Positions 25,640 through 37,835 of a DNA stretch of 64,000 nt are shown piece after piece. Within the stretch, counting starts at the first letter, position 1, and each line of letters opens with the position of its first letter. Below the pieces are notes generated by a model, which saw nothing but the letters and a program-made list of their open reading frames with translations, was not told the DNA's origin and did no database searches. Source of the DNA: Lama guanicoe (lineage: Eukaryota); contig MU053376.1 in the NCBI GenBank assembly GCA_013239625.1, positions 892,833-956,832 of the forward strand, read 5' to 3'. The position numbers were made by a program, and so were the translations under genes.

Positions 25640-26440
25640 CCACCCATCAAATTATTTAACAAACACACTGAGCACCGGATACTGTGCTGAGGGTGCAAGG
25701 ACTTAAGACACAGGGTGAGACACCCCATCCCCAGCAGAGTAGGGAGAGGGATGCTTATGAGGTGACAAGGGCGCTGAAGAGGGCCACCTAGCCCCCGAGG
25801 GAGAGTCAGGGGCCGATTGGGTTACCTGGAGGTGTGACCTCTGGGCCAAGTCTTGAAAGCGCGGAAGATTTAGCCAGGTATACCTAAGGGAGAAAGACAG
25901 CCATTCCGGACAAGGAACGACACCGAGAGAGTGAAATGAGAGGGTCCAGCCTCTTCCAGAAAGGGCAGGCGGGTCAGTGCCTGGAGCGAGTTGGGGACAC
26001 ACAAGACAAGAGGGCTGAGTTGAAGAGGGGCCAGATGACAGTAGCCTGCGTGTCACCGGATGGAGCCTGGCATCAACCTGGAGGCAAGAGAAGCTGAGGA
26101 ATCTTTAGCAGGAATGTTACATGATCTGATTTGCATTTTAGGACGCAGTCTGGAGGGTGAATGGGAGGGGGCGAAACTGGAAACAGGAAGCCTGGTGAGG
26201 ACAGATGGTAAGAATTCAGGTGAAAACAGGTGAGAGTCAAAGCTAAGACTGTGGGAGGGAGGCTGGGGAGGAGGCACGCGTGGGAGAGGCCCTTGGGAGG
26301 CAGAAGTGGCAGGACCGAGTGGTTGGCAAGACACAGGAGTGAGGATGAGGGAGGGGGTCGCAGAGGTTGTAAAGGCCTGGAGGGTGCCATTCACGGGGCA
26401 GGGAACCCAGGAGGAGAAGCAGGTGGACAGGGCAAAGGAG
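25640..26440 (-). mobile_element. Degraded L2 fragments
   Basis: acatgatctgatttgcatttta and related antisense L2 motifs; boundaries approximate. Confidence 0.5.
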
Positions 26441-26442
26441 TG

Positions 26443-26875
26443 TGTGTCAACCAGGGTTCTCCCAAGAAACAGAACAAGTAGGATGTGTGAGCCCGCCTGT
26501 GTGTGTGTATAGAAGCACACACACGTATACACACACATTCCACACGTATGATTTATTTCAAGGAACTGACTTACATAATTGTAGGGGCTGGCAAGTCTGT
26601 TTTCTGCAGGCAGGCTGGCAGGCCAGAAACTCAGGTAAGAGCGGTGCTGCAGCTTGAGGGCAGAATTCCTTCTTCCTCGGGGAAACCTCAGTTGTGCTTT
26701 TAAGGCTCTTCAACTGATTGGATGAGGCCCTCCCACTTTATGGAGGGTAATCTCTTTACCTGTAGTCAACTGATTGCAGATGTTAACCACATCTACAAAA
26801 TACTCGGATCAGGGTTTGATTAGACAATTGGGTACTTGTAGCCAAGCCAAGTTGACACACAAAACTGACCATCAC
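26443..26875 (-). mobile_element. MLT2-like (ERV-L) solo LTR
   Basis: ccagggttctcccaagaaacagaac...caactgattggatgaggccc...caagttgacacacaaaactgaccatcac matches the antisense MLT2 pattern. Confidence 0.75.
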
Positions 26876-27019
26876 GGGACTGGTGGGGTTGGGGAGCACC
26901 ATGTATGGATGTGAGCGGCCCGTAGGCATCCGAGTGAAGACTTCCGGTGGGCCAGTGCAGGTCTGAGCCCCATGCCCAGGGATCCTTCCTGGTCCCCGTC
27001 ACTTCTCCTCTGACCATGC

Positions 27020-27640
27020 CTGACTAGCCCACTTCCCAGCCTTCAGGTCTGGGTCTACTCTGTGCATTTTACCCTCCCTGCTGCCCCAAAGTGGACTTTC
27101 CAAAGCAAATATCTCAGCCCATCTCTTGCTCACTCAGACACCTCTGACAGCTCTCCATCATTCAGATAAAGCCTCTTCAGGGCTGATTAGGCTCCTTGTG
27201 GACTGACTGCAACTTACCTCTCCAGCCTCATCCCTTCTCTGCACCCTAGACTCCAAACTCGCCTTTGCACAAACTGTCACTTCTCCCTGGAACCACACCC
27301 TCTTTGCCTCCTCCCAGCCCATGCCACGTACACCTGGTCTACCTGGTGAGCTCAGGGTCTTCCTTCAGGACTCAATTAAAATGTTTTCTCTGTTCCTGAA
27401 CCTCACTAGGCCAAGGCAGGTACCCCTCCATGGTGCTTGGTGCAAACCTGGATTACAGCACTCACCAGATTGTGTTTTGATTATTTTTACGTCATCCCAC
27501 CATTACACTGTGAGCTCCTCAAGAGCACATATCATGTCTTACTGTCCTCGGTACTCCCAGCACTTGGCACAGTGCTTAGCATAAGAGGTGGTCTGTATTT
27601 GCCTGTTAAATGGGGATGAAAGGACGGGTGGGTGGATGCA
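27020..27640 (+). mobile_element. Degraded L2
   Basis: actgtgagctcctcaagagca...cccagcacttggcacagtgcttagca 3' motifs. Confidence 0.55.
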
Positions 27641-30600
27641 ACAATTATCTAACAACTTCTGGCTTTCACTTATTGGGCACTTCTTTTGTTCCAGGCACTG
27701 TGCTAAGAAGTTAAAGTCCTGAATCAGTCCGGGTTCTTGGTTGTAGGCAGCAGAAGCAGACTTCGGCTGTCAAAAGCAGAAAAGAAATTCACCAGGTTAT
27801 CAGATGGATCACAGAATCAGAGCAGGCTATAGAAACCAACTGAGAACTGGGCAGAAACTGAAGGAGGCTAGCCAGCAGAGACACATCAAGGTCACACCTC
27901 AGGAACAGTCTGATCAGGACACCATCACTGGCATCGCCCACACCGGACATGCTTTCCAAGGGTGCCAAAACCTTGAGATTCCCACTGCCCCTTCCACAGC
28001 TACCCAACATGAGTACATCTCCTTGTCTGATCCACACAGCCCTTTGAGGCAGATAACCTCACTTCCATTTTGCAGATGAGGAAACCGAGATTTAAGAGAA
28101 GCCTAAGGTCACCAGCCAATCAATAGAGTGGGTGGAATTGGAATCAATAGCTGTCTGACGCCAAAGCCCATTGCCTTCCGCTCTAATCTGCACCATGTCC
28201 TTCAAAGGGTCCCACCTGCAGTTCCCTGGGTGGTGCTCCACAGCAGCTCTAAGTTCTGATGTGCTAGCTTTTTTGCAGCTATAGATTTGGGGTCTGTCTG
28301 GGGCCCTGACAAATTGTAGGGGGGAATATAAAGATAGCAAAATCAGCGCAGGAAGACTGAGTAATTAGAGAGAGGGTCTGTGCACGGATGTGTGTTGACT
28401 GGAGCTGCTTCCAGGAAGTTACACAGCCATCCAGGGGTGCTGGATAACAGGGTCCTGGCCTGTGGCTCAGGGAGGACTGCAGAATCTGGCCAAGGACTCC
28501 CCATGTCCTCATCTGTCCCTTCTAGCTCCCATGCTCCCAGGTGGCTCATTAGCCACCCTCGGCAGGCTTTGTGAAGAAAGCTCAGAGGCCACCACTCTGC
28601 AGCACCTCCTCAAGTCCAAAGTCACTTTGGCTTTGCTAGAAGAGTCCCCCACCAAGGATGCCCTAGTCAGACCCAGATGCCCTGGAGAGCTCGCAGGCAG
28701 AGCTCCAGGAAGGGAACCCCAGCACCCAGTCCTAGTCCCAGCTCTACCTCCACCATTCTGCGACCTTGGCCCAACCTTTCCGGGCTTAGTTTCCCCATGA
28801 CTCAATCCTTTCTCTGCTGCCTCTTCCCTCCCACTCTAGCCAAATTGTTCATAAAAAAAGATCTCAGGGTTCTTTGAGCTCTTTGGAGAGACCACATAAA
28901 TGCCGGGCATTATTAGCATCATTACTATTAAATATTAATAATGACATTAGCATTGTCTATTATAAGCTTGAAAAGAAGCTGCGAGAGCCCTGGGTTGAAA
29001 TGGCTAAGAGAATAATTAGGCCCCTCCGGGCCGCAGACCCCTCCAGGCCCTCAAGTGAAATTAGGAAGGCAAATGAGGATGGAATAGGGAGATTTCCCCT
29101 CCAGCCCCTGCTCAGTTCAACCAGGCTCTTCCTGGACCCACACAAATTATGTTCTTTCCAGTCTCCAACACCCCTGTGCCAGGAATGCATTCCCCCCTGT
29201 GCTCCGTCCATCCAGGCCCAATTCGAGAGGCACACCCCACCCCCACCGCCACTGACCACAGCCTTCACCCACCTCCCAGCTCCCTCTCTCCCATCATCTG
29301 AACGGTCACCACAGTTACTGGCCACCATTCATTCACCATCAGCAAACAGTTACTGAGACTCTGCTGGGTACCAGGCTCTACACTAAGGGGGTGGGGAGGG
29401 GGTTGGAAGAGAGACATGAATGACATAATCTCTGTCTTCAGAGACTGCACAGTTGAGGGGACAACAACCAGTAGTTCGCATGGCACTTGTTCATTGAAAA
29501 AGTGCTTTTAAAAATCATTATGTTTAATTCCCATGTCCTTATGGCTCTTCTAAGTAGGACTAGGATTACTCCCATTTTACTGGTGAGGAAATGGATTCTC
29601 AGAGCAATTAAGTGTCCTTCAGTGACCTGCCAGTGTCATTCAACCAGGAGTGACAGGGCCGAGGCAGAGTCCACCTCTCTTGGGTGTGAATCCAGAGTCA
29701 TCCCAACCCTCAAAGCAGAGAAGGGCTCAGCCTCGTGGGCGCACCCCCTTGTTACAGATGGGCAAGCTGAATCCCAAAAGGGCCCAGAGGGAAGGACTGA
29801 CGCAGACTTGGCACTTACTCAGCACTTACTGCATGCTTGGTACCACACTGGATTCTTCGTACGTAATTCAATGCTCCCACCAACCCAGCGAGGCTTATGT
29901 CTTAATCTCCACTTTCCAGATGGGGAACCTGGGGCTCTGAGGAGGGAAGTGGCTTGCCCAGGGCCACACAGCTCGGACGTAGCAGAACTGTGGGACAAGC
30001 TGATCCGTTTCAGAGCTTGGCTTGACCTGCCTTGTCACTCTGCCCCGAAGCTGCAGATGGACAGTCCTGCTACCACTATCAGACTGCTTCCAAAAAGCTC
30101 ACAGGCAAATTGAAGACAGACCACATCCTATGGCTCTTGAAACCCCCACCGTTCTAGGCAGAGACACTGCTCCATAAACATGTAAACACTCCTGGGAGCT
30201 CTAAGAAAGTCTGAAGCCTGAAACCAGAGGTGAAGAGGCTGCTGGCGGGAGGGGCAGGGAAGGCTCTGTGAAGCCTGGAACTGATGAGAGAGCAGATCGA
30301 CACCATCAGAGCTCTCGGGCCCAGGGAGGGTCTCAGTTCCCCCCATCACTGGTCCCCCGGTGCTGGTCTGAAGCCCCTCCTTGACCAGTGGAGACCCACT
30401 GGTGGGGCCTCCTGAGGAAGGAGCAGATGATCCAGGAAGGGTTGAGTGGCCCTCAAGATGTCTTCTGGGAGCTCCTGCTCTGGGGTCACCACATGTTTAC
30501 AGGCAAATCAGTGACCCATCTTATTAGCCACCTGATCGTCTTCAGCTGGCCCATCTCTGCCCCATCTGGGAGTCTGCGGAAACTCACCTTGGAGATGAAG

Positions 30601-30759
30601 TGTCTCCCTCTGGACAACATGGAGACACACTGATTGGCCACAGAGAGGAGTGAAGCCCCTTATAGTCAACTGTGCGGGGGATTCTGGTATCCAGCAGGCA
30701 CCAAAAAGGAGTAAAGCATCCTGTCCCCTGCTTCACGCACCCCAGAAGGGCAGGTGGCG

Positions 30760-30960
30760 GGGAGCTGGAGAACCTGGAGGCTGGAGCCAGACCAGCGGCG
30801 TCTGCTTCTTCGCTTGTTCACTTTGAGCAAGTTCTTTAATCTCTCTGAGCATCATTTGTAAAATGAGAATAATAAAAATAACGAACATACCCCTTGGGTG
30901 AATCATTCAGGTAAAGTACTTAGTACAGTTCCTGGCATGCTGGAGACACTCTAGTTATTA
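30760..30960 (+). mobile_element. MIR
   Basis: tttgagcaagttctttaatctctctgagc...tgtaaaatgagaataata...acagttcctggca. Confidence 0.6.
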
Positions 30961-32404
30961 TTAATAATTTATACAATAATTAATAACAATATTAGAAAAT
31001 ATTTTGTCATCATCAAACTAATGGACCCACAAGCAAAACTCAGCCTGGATCCCCCAAACGCTCACCCCACTCTCTTGTCAGAAACAGAAGACCTTAGGAG
31101 GCCAGCAGTGAGCGCCCCAGCAACCCCCAAAATCCATCTGTTCCAAGCTCAGCTGAGATGAAACTGTGGGAAATGTTCCCCCAAATCGAGGGCTAGGCTG
31201 AGTTAGCACTTTTGTTGTCACTTATTGTGGCAGCCAGAGCCCACCTGGGTGGGGCAGGCGGTTGCAGAGGGATCTGAGAGCATTTTAGAGACCCTGGTCA
31301 CCTGTGCTCCTGGGGAGGGAACTTGGTCCTCCTCAGGGACCCAGCCCCACCACATGGGCAGCAGCTGTCCGAAAACAGAGTCACAAAGACAGCGGTCTCA
31401 ATCTAAAGCAGTCCTCCGTGCACGCATTTCCAGACCTTTGGCCCCTGAGTCAGCCAATCCCTGACCTGTCAGCTCCAGGACGTCAGATGAGCCGTCCTCT
31501 CTCCTGGCAGCTGTTTCTGCTCAGAGAGAACTCGAAGCCCTCTCTTCAGAACTTGGGCTGACCTGGGTGGCATCAGAGAGCAAAGCACACCTCAGGAGCT
31601 TGGGGCCAACGTGCCAGCCCCAGGAAGACAGACAGACAGACAGGGAACCTGTGGGCAGAGGCGGGAGAGGGAAGGACATTCTGGAAGGGATTTGCACAGG
31701 AGCATTCCAAGTTATCCAGAAACGTTACCTGCACAACCTCCATCAGGAACAGTGAAGACTGTCTCCCGAGTTGGGAGAGCTCTGTGGAGGGGCAGCAGAG
31801 GCACGGGAGGGGAGAGCAAACGGGACCTGGGCAGGCCTCCAGGCCTTGGAGGCTGGGCAGCAGAATCTCCTCCACACCACGTCTCCATCTCCTTTTCCAG
31901 GCCCTCCCTGTCCCCCGCCCCGTGCCCTGTCCACTCAAGACACGGAGCCACGATCCAGGCTTGACAGGTACACCCATTGAACACTCTGAGGCTGGCCTGG
32001 CCCTGCCAGCTGTTTCAGCATCTGGGCCACTCACCAGACCTGCCTGTGCGAGCTGGACAGCTGGTGGGCCAGAGGGGGGTGAGACAGCAGTGACAGCCTG
32101 ATGGGGCCCACTGCCACCACAGATGGCTGGTCCCTCCCTCTCCAGGCCCCACACCTGCCACAGGACAGGAGCAGAGCAGAAGAGATGTGTCACTCACCTG
32201 AGTGAGCACCTAGAAGCTCAGAGTTGGCAGGGACCTTGGCCATCTTTAACCCCTTCAGGTTACCAGTGAGGCTCAGAGAGGACCGAGCACTTACCTAGAA
32301 CTCACAGTCAATCAGCAACAGAGCCCAGACTGCCTTTCAGACATTCAGACTCCCAATCCAGTGATCCTTCCGCAACATCACACTGCTGGCTGATTAAAAA
32401 TGGG

Positions 32405-32670
32405 CTGGGATCCGTATGCATTGATGTGAAAAGGTATCCAAGACCTCTTATATAGTTAAAAAGATATTTTGCAAATCACAATGTATTGTGTGATCAATTT
32501 GCATAAAATTATAGTAATAACCCATACAATTATATACATGAAAATAATAAACCTGGAGGCATGTAACTCAAATTTGTTGAGGTACTTTTACTATTGATTT
32601 TTTAAATTTCCTCTAATATTTGGGTGTTTTGACCAAAAGCCATGTCACTTTCATAAGCAAGGGAAACAAC
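32405..32670 (+). mobile_element. Old AT-rich L1 (L1ME-like) fragment upstream of the CNTN2 promoter
   Basis: AT-rich island with aaaggtatccaagac...gtattgtgtgatcaattt resembling L1ME 3' sequence. Confidence 0.4.
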
Positions 32671-32859
32671 ACAGATGGGCATGCAGGGTGGGCACCGGAG
32701 GCAGCTTCCCCCTACCTGCCCCGCACGTGGAGCTGGCGATTTCTGATTCGCAGCCCTTCCTCTAATAGGGAATTTCTGGGGGAATCGAGGAGTTTGCCTC
32801 CATGGCTCTCCAGGGTTCCAGGAGCGAGGGCCACTTTCCTTCCCCTCTTCACCGCACCC

Positions 32860-33170
32860 CTCTCTAGCCCTTTCCACTCTGGGCTGGGCAGGGGAGGTGG
32901 AGGCTGGCAGGCCAGACAGCCCAGGGAGCGGGGCAGAGCTGCCCATGCATTATGGAAGACGCGAGCGCCCTGGCTCGCTCCCCGGGCCTTAAATGACAGC
33001 AAATGAGGTAAAGCAGGGAAGGTGGGGACAGGAAGGGGGTGGGAGGGGGGGCAGAAGGGAGCCCTCCCCAGGGCCCTCGAGCGTTGGCTGAGGACCGGGA
33101 GCCAGCCAGTGAGCGGAGCCTGGGAGAGGGAGGAGCACATCTTGATGCAGAGATGCTGCAGTGGCTCCGG
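32860..33170 (+). promoter_or_regulatory. CNTN2: CNTN2 proximal promoter (GC/CpG-rich, G-tracts)
   Basis: CpG density rises over ~32950-33480, GC-box-like G-runs at 33031-33060, immediately upstream of exon 1. The TSS cannot be fixed from sequence alone. Confidence 0.65.
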
Positions 33171-33401
33171 CGCGCACACACACGCGCACACACACACGCA
33201 CACACACACATACGCGCGCCCTCACCCGCCACCGCCACCGCCACTGCCACCACCGCGGCGGCCGCACCAGGACAGCAGCGAGCGGCTGAGGCGAGCAGGG
33301 AGGAGAGGAGGACAGTGCAGGGGCTGGCGGCCGGGCTGGGTCCCGGTCCCCGCCTGGAGCAGCGTCCCCCTGCCCCGGCCAACACCCTTCCTCCACCCCA
33401 G
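33170..33401 (+). other. CNTN2: CNTN2 non-coding exon 1 (start approximate)
   Basis: Resembles the recalled human CNTN2 5'UTR (acacacacgcgccctcacccgccaccgcc...ccaacacccttc); donor cccag|gtaggt at 33401/33402. Confidence 0.85.
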
Positions 33402-36400
33402 GTAGGTGCCAACGGCTTTTGTCTCCTCTGGCTGGGGGGCTTCCCAGGGCGCTGCTGTGGGCAGGGGCTCCGCGCTCAGTTCCCTTGCAACTTGGGAGGG
33501 GCAGGGCAGGGGCAGGGCTGGAACCCAGCCGGCTGGCAGGGCCAGTCTGACTTCTTACCCCAGCCCCACGGGGCTGCCAGTACCAGAGAGCCCCTCCGCC
33601 CTGTCACCCTGTCTACATGGGTGGCATCTTGCAGGGCCCTGGCAGGCCGAGGCTGGCCGGGAAGCTAGACCCCAGCGGTGTGTCCAAGAATTCCAGCCGG
33701 CCACAGGCTGGTAGCAACAACTGTCTTCAGAGAGGGCAGCAGCTAGAGGGCCTGCCCTGTGACCCCTCCACCCACCTGCCCGTCCCGGGGCCTGACCGTC
33801 CATGAGGCCAGGCCCCAGACCTTGACCTACCCCTAGGAGTCCCTGGATGGAACTGAGCCTGACTGCCCAGACTGGAGGTTGCCCTGGGTCCGCTTCTGCA
33901 GGGTGACCTCTTTGCAAAGTCTTGCTTCTGTTCGACAGAGGGGGAGACTGTGAGAGAGAGGGGAGAAACTGGAGCACAAGTTTGGGCAAAGGCCTGTCCA
34001 GGAGCGGGGACTTAGGGAGAAGAAACTGAGGCAAGGCACATCCCTTCTGCCCTCCCCAATCTTATCTTCTCCTCAGATCCCTCCCCCTCATCCTCACTGG
34101 TGGGAGGGAAGGATTTGCAGAAGTTTGGCTTTCCAGGGAGGAAATGGGCTGGGCTGGGGGTGGGGAGGGGCACCATTTAGGGTCTAGAAAGAGAGGGCAT
34201 CCTTCCGTTCATCACCTTGGCTTACATAATAGCCAGAGGTGGGGAGAGCAGCCCAGCCAGCATCAGAGCTGAATTCCCATCATCTTCTCCAGGAGGGGTT
34301 CCCAGGTCTGGGAAGCAAGGAAGTGGTTAGATGAGAAAGTGCCTGTGGAAGGAGAGTCCCGGCCTTACACGGGAACAAAGCCAGGGACCCCTCATCCGCA
34401 GACCACTGGGGGCTGAGCCTGCATCCCAGAAGGAAAAGCTGGCAGTCCAGGTTGTTTGGAGGCTTGGGAATCTAGACAGACCAGGATAGGGTGGGCTGTG
34501 CATGTCCAGGACCCCTGTCTGGAGAAGGATGGATTTTCCAGCCCCCAAGACACCTGCCCTTAACTCTCCCCTGCTCCACGTCCAGCCTGGAATTTGTCAG
34601 ACTTTTACCACCCTTTCCTTTCAGCCTGGCTCCCCAGGCCCCCAAACTCTCTTCGCAGACCAGCTAGCATTCTTTTTCTTCTGCTCAAGGGAAGCAGGAA
34701 GAGGAAGAGCCCGAATAACCCAGGAGATTTGGTGATCTGATTTCATTCTGGGCAGCAGTCTCAGTCTCTTCCTCCAACCTCCCAGCCAGAGAGCCCGTCA
34801 GTCCACTTAGCCTCTGAGTCTCCACCTCCCAGTTGCTCTCAGAGGGACCACACTTGCCCCCCACCAGAGATCAAGGGCAGCAAAGAATGGGCCACCTGTG
34901 GGAGAGGCTGGGGACGGGGCAGGGAGATGGTGCTTCTGGCCTTGGGAGGAGGGAGTTCTGCCCTGAGAGGAGGCAGCATCCAAGCCCTTCCCCAGGGTAC
35001 CCTCCCAGTTAACCCTTTCTAGCCAGGCTGCAGGACCACTTAAGCAAGTCTTCTGCCCTAAGGTCAAAAGTTCTTCCTAATTCCTGGTGGGATCTCTCAG
35101 GAGCCCCAGCCAGCAAGAGGGAGACGGGCGGTGAGGGAGATGGTAGGTGAGGCAGACAGGGAAGGGCCCCTGAGCCCATGGCATCAGTCACCCAAGGTCC
35201 ATCTGTCCTTCCGGGGCTCACCATGAGCAGAGAGGGGAGCAGAGGACATGCCCTAGGGGAGGAGTCTCCTGCTGGCTCTTATTTCCCGCCCACTTTCTAC
35301 TCCCCACCCGGCCAAGTTCTCCCCTCGCCCTTCCTTCCTGGTTGAATGCACCCCTCCGCCTGCCCAACACCGTTCCCCCTGCTAGATTTCACTCTTCGTG
35401 CAATTCCATTCCAGCATCCTCTCTGCCAGCAGTTGTTCCAACAGAGACACACAGAGACAGGGCCTCTGAGGAAGTGTGCTCACGGGATGCTTGCACACAC
35501 ATGGTCTCTGACTGACTGACCAGACGTACTCCTCAGGAGCGAGTACACAGAACGGGGTGCCTCAAAGGTGTCCCCTCTGCCTCTAAGGCTGTCAGGGAAG
35601 AAATACATTTGGGATGGTTTGGAGAATGCATTGTGCTCTACCTCCACCACCCCAACCTTTCCTCAGGACAAATGTTTGCAAGAAAGCTTACCACAAAGAC
35701 ACCTTTAAGCCTAACCACGGGGTTGAGGGTTGAACAAGAGATGGCTGATACACAGAGAAGGAAGAACCAGAGCAAAGGGTATGCCAGTGAAGCAGGTGGG
35801 ATTGAAGTTAGACTGCAGGAGACACTTCCTCACCAGGAAGATGAACCATGAGGAGGTGAGGCAACCTTCTTTCCAATGACTCTTTGAGAGGGTGGAGAAC
35901 TGGAGTCTGGTCCAAGCTCAGAGATTGACCTACCTGGAGGCAGAGGTTGGGCTGGATCACCCTGTCAATTTCTTCCAGCCTCAGATTACCCTCTTACAAA
36001 CGGTACAGGTGGAGGTGTCTGTCTTCTTTGCATGTTGGTCACCTCTCACCGTTCTGGACCATCCTAATCCAGATGAACCCCCACCCACCGCCAGGGCTTT
36101 GGTAACTTGGAACATTCATGGGAGTTTCCATGGGTTCTATGCCCTGATGGTAACCATCCTAGAGTAAAGAAATCCTTCCATGGGTTTAATGACTTCTCTT
36201 GCTACAAAATGAGCCCGTGTTTCCTTGTTTACCCAAAGAGCATGCAAACAAAAGCAATGGTGTATGATGTTCTCACCCCGAACTGAACACACTCTACCCC
36301 AGGACACGTGCAGACCCAAGTGCACCTCGCCATCTCTGTCTGATCCGTCCCACCCCACGCTCAGGGCACCAATCTGGACAAAGCCTGCTGGTGTCTCCAG

Positions 36401-37739
36401 CCCCAGCCCACATACTCTCAATGTCTGCCGACCTCACAGACCAAAAGGCTCCCCTACCCTGGCTCTGGCTGAAGGGTGGCCCTCCTGCAGCGCAGCCCAA
36501 GAGGTGCAGTTAATTAGCCCCAGAGCATACACTAGCCTGAGGAAAGGAGTAGGTTCAAACCCACCTCGACCAGGCTTGGCTCTGAACCAGGTTTTTATGC
36601 AGGAATTGGGGGAATCACCTCTCAGCAGAGATGGGGGGACATGCAAAATTATTCCACTAATTTCTCCCTGATGTGGTTCTTCCAAACCAAGTTGAAACAG
36701 TTGCTCCTACTCCTGATGTCTGAAACAGAGCCCTCCTTCCAAAGCCCTCACTCGTTCTGCCCCCCTCCAACTCCCTACAGGCAGGCAAGTAGGGAAACTG
36801 AGTCTGGGTACTACTTGCCCCAACCCCTGGGTCTTCCCAGAATGCAAGGCTTTCCTCTTCTGTCTGCTTTGAGGTGTCTCTACAGTGGAGAGGGTGGGCA
36901 CAGCAGGGCCAGGGCTAGGGCCTCAGGGAGCCAGCTGCAAATACAAAGAGCTTGCAGAGAAAACCAAGGGGCGGGAAGGGAGGGAGAAAGCAGAGGCGGC
37001 TGGGGAGAGACCCAGCTGCAACGTTGCCCTGTCACCATCCAGTCCCTGTCCCCCCCGGAGGACTGAGAAGGTCCCAGTTCCACCCAAATATGCCTAAAGG
37101 ACCTCCTCCAACTCAGGGCACCAGCCTCCCGCACTGAGGCTTCCCAGCTACAGCCTCTTCCTGCCAGCTCCGTCCCGCACCCCCAGCACACGGCCCCACC
37201 AGGCCACTGCAGACCCTTGTCCTCCCAGGGTGGCACTAGGATGGTTCAGACCTTCCTGGAAGACAGTGATCCTGTCTTAGGTGATAGTGCCTTTGGTAAG
37301 CAGAGTCCCCCTGCCATCTCAGACAGCATGGGCAGCTGGTCGGGGTGATTGAGGAGTACCTGCTTGGGAGAGCCCACGTGTGTGTCTGGGCCAGGTGCTC
37401 TCCTGAACACACGGTTTCTGGGTGTGACTCTGTGTGTCCCTGTGCCCTCGTCTAGAATGGCATGCCTGCTGGCGCTTACTCAGGCACACCAGATCTGTGG
37501 GGGCTAAGAGACAGAGACACCTGCTCAGGCAGACCCTCAGCGTCCTAGACACCTGTGAGTGCAGCCCAAATGTGACCGTGCCAGACACAGTGTCTGGGAC
37601 ACACGTATGTGTCTCTGTGTGCCGGGCCCAAGCCCGAGGGCCGAGAGGACTCTCAGCCATAAGGTCTCATCTTTCCCAAGCACTTACTTTACTATGGGTG
37701 AGGAATAAGGTTGATCTCACAAGAGTCCCAGGAGGTGGG

Positions 37740-37835
37740 TACTATCCTTATCATACCCATTTTGCAGATGGGAGACTGAGGCTCAGAGAGGTTAAGTAAT
37801 GAACATAATAACTGGGGTTACTCTACTAGTAAGTC
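37740..37835 (-). mobile_element. MIR core
   Basis: cccattttgcagatgggagactgaggctcagagaggttaagtaa. Confidence 0.7.

Noticed and set aside
33260..33280. REST/NRSE-like gcaccaggacagc in CNTN2 exon 1
   Set aside because: The left half-site is degenerate and the spacer is 1 nt instead of the canonical 2.
32712..33668. Several overlapping 130-210 aa ORFs at the CNTN2 promoter
   Set aside because: Low-complexity translations of CA/GC repeats in a stop-poor CpG-rich region.
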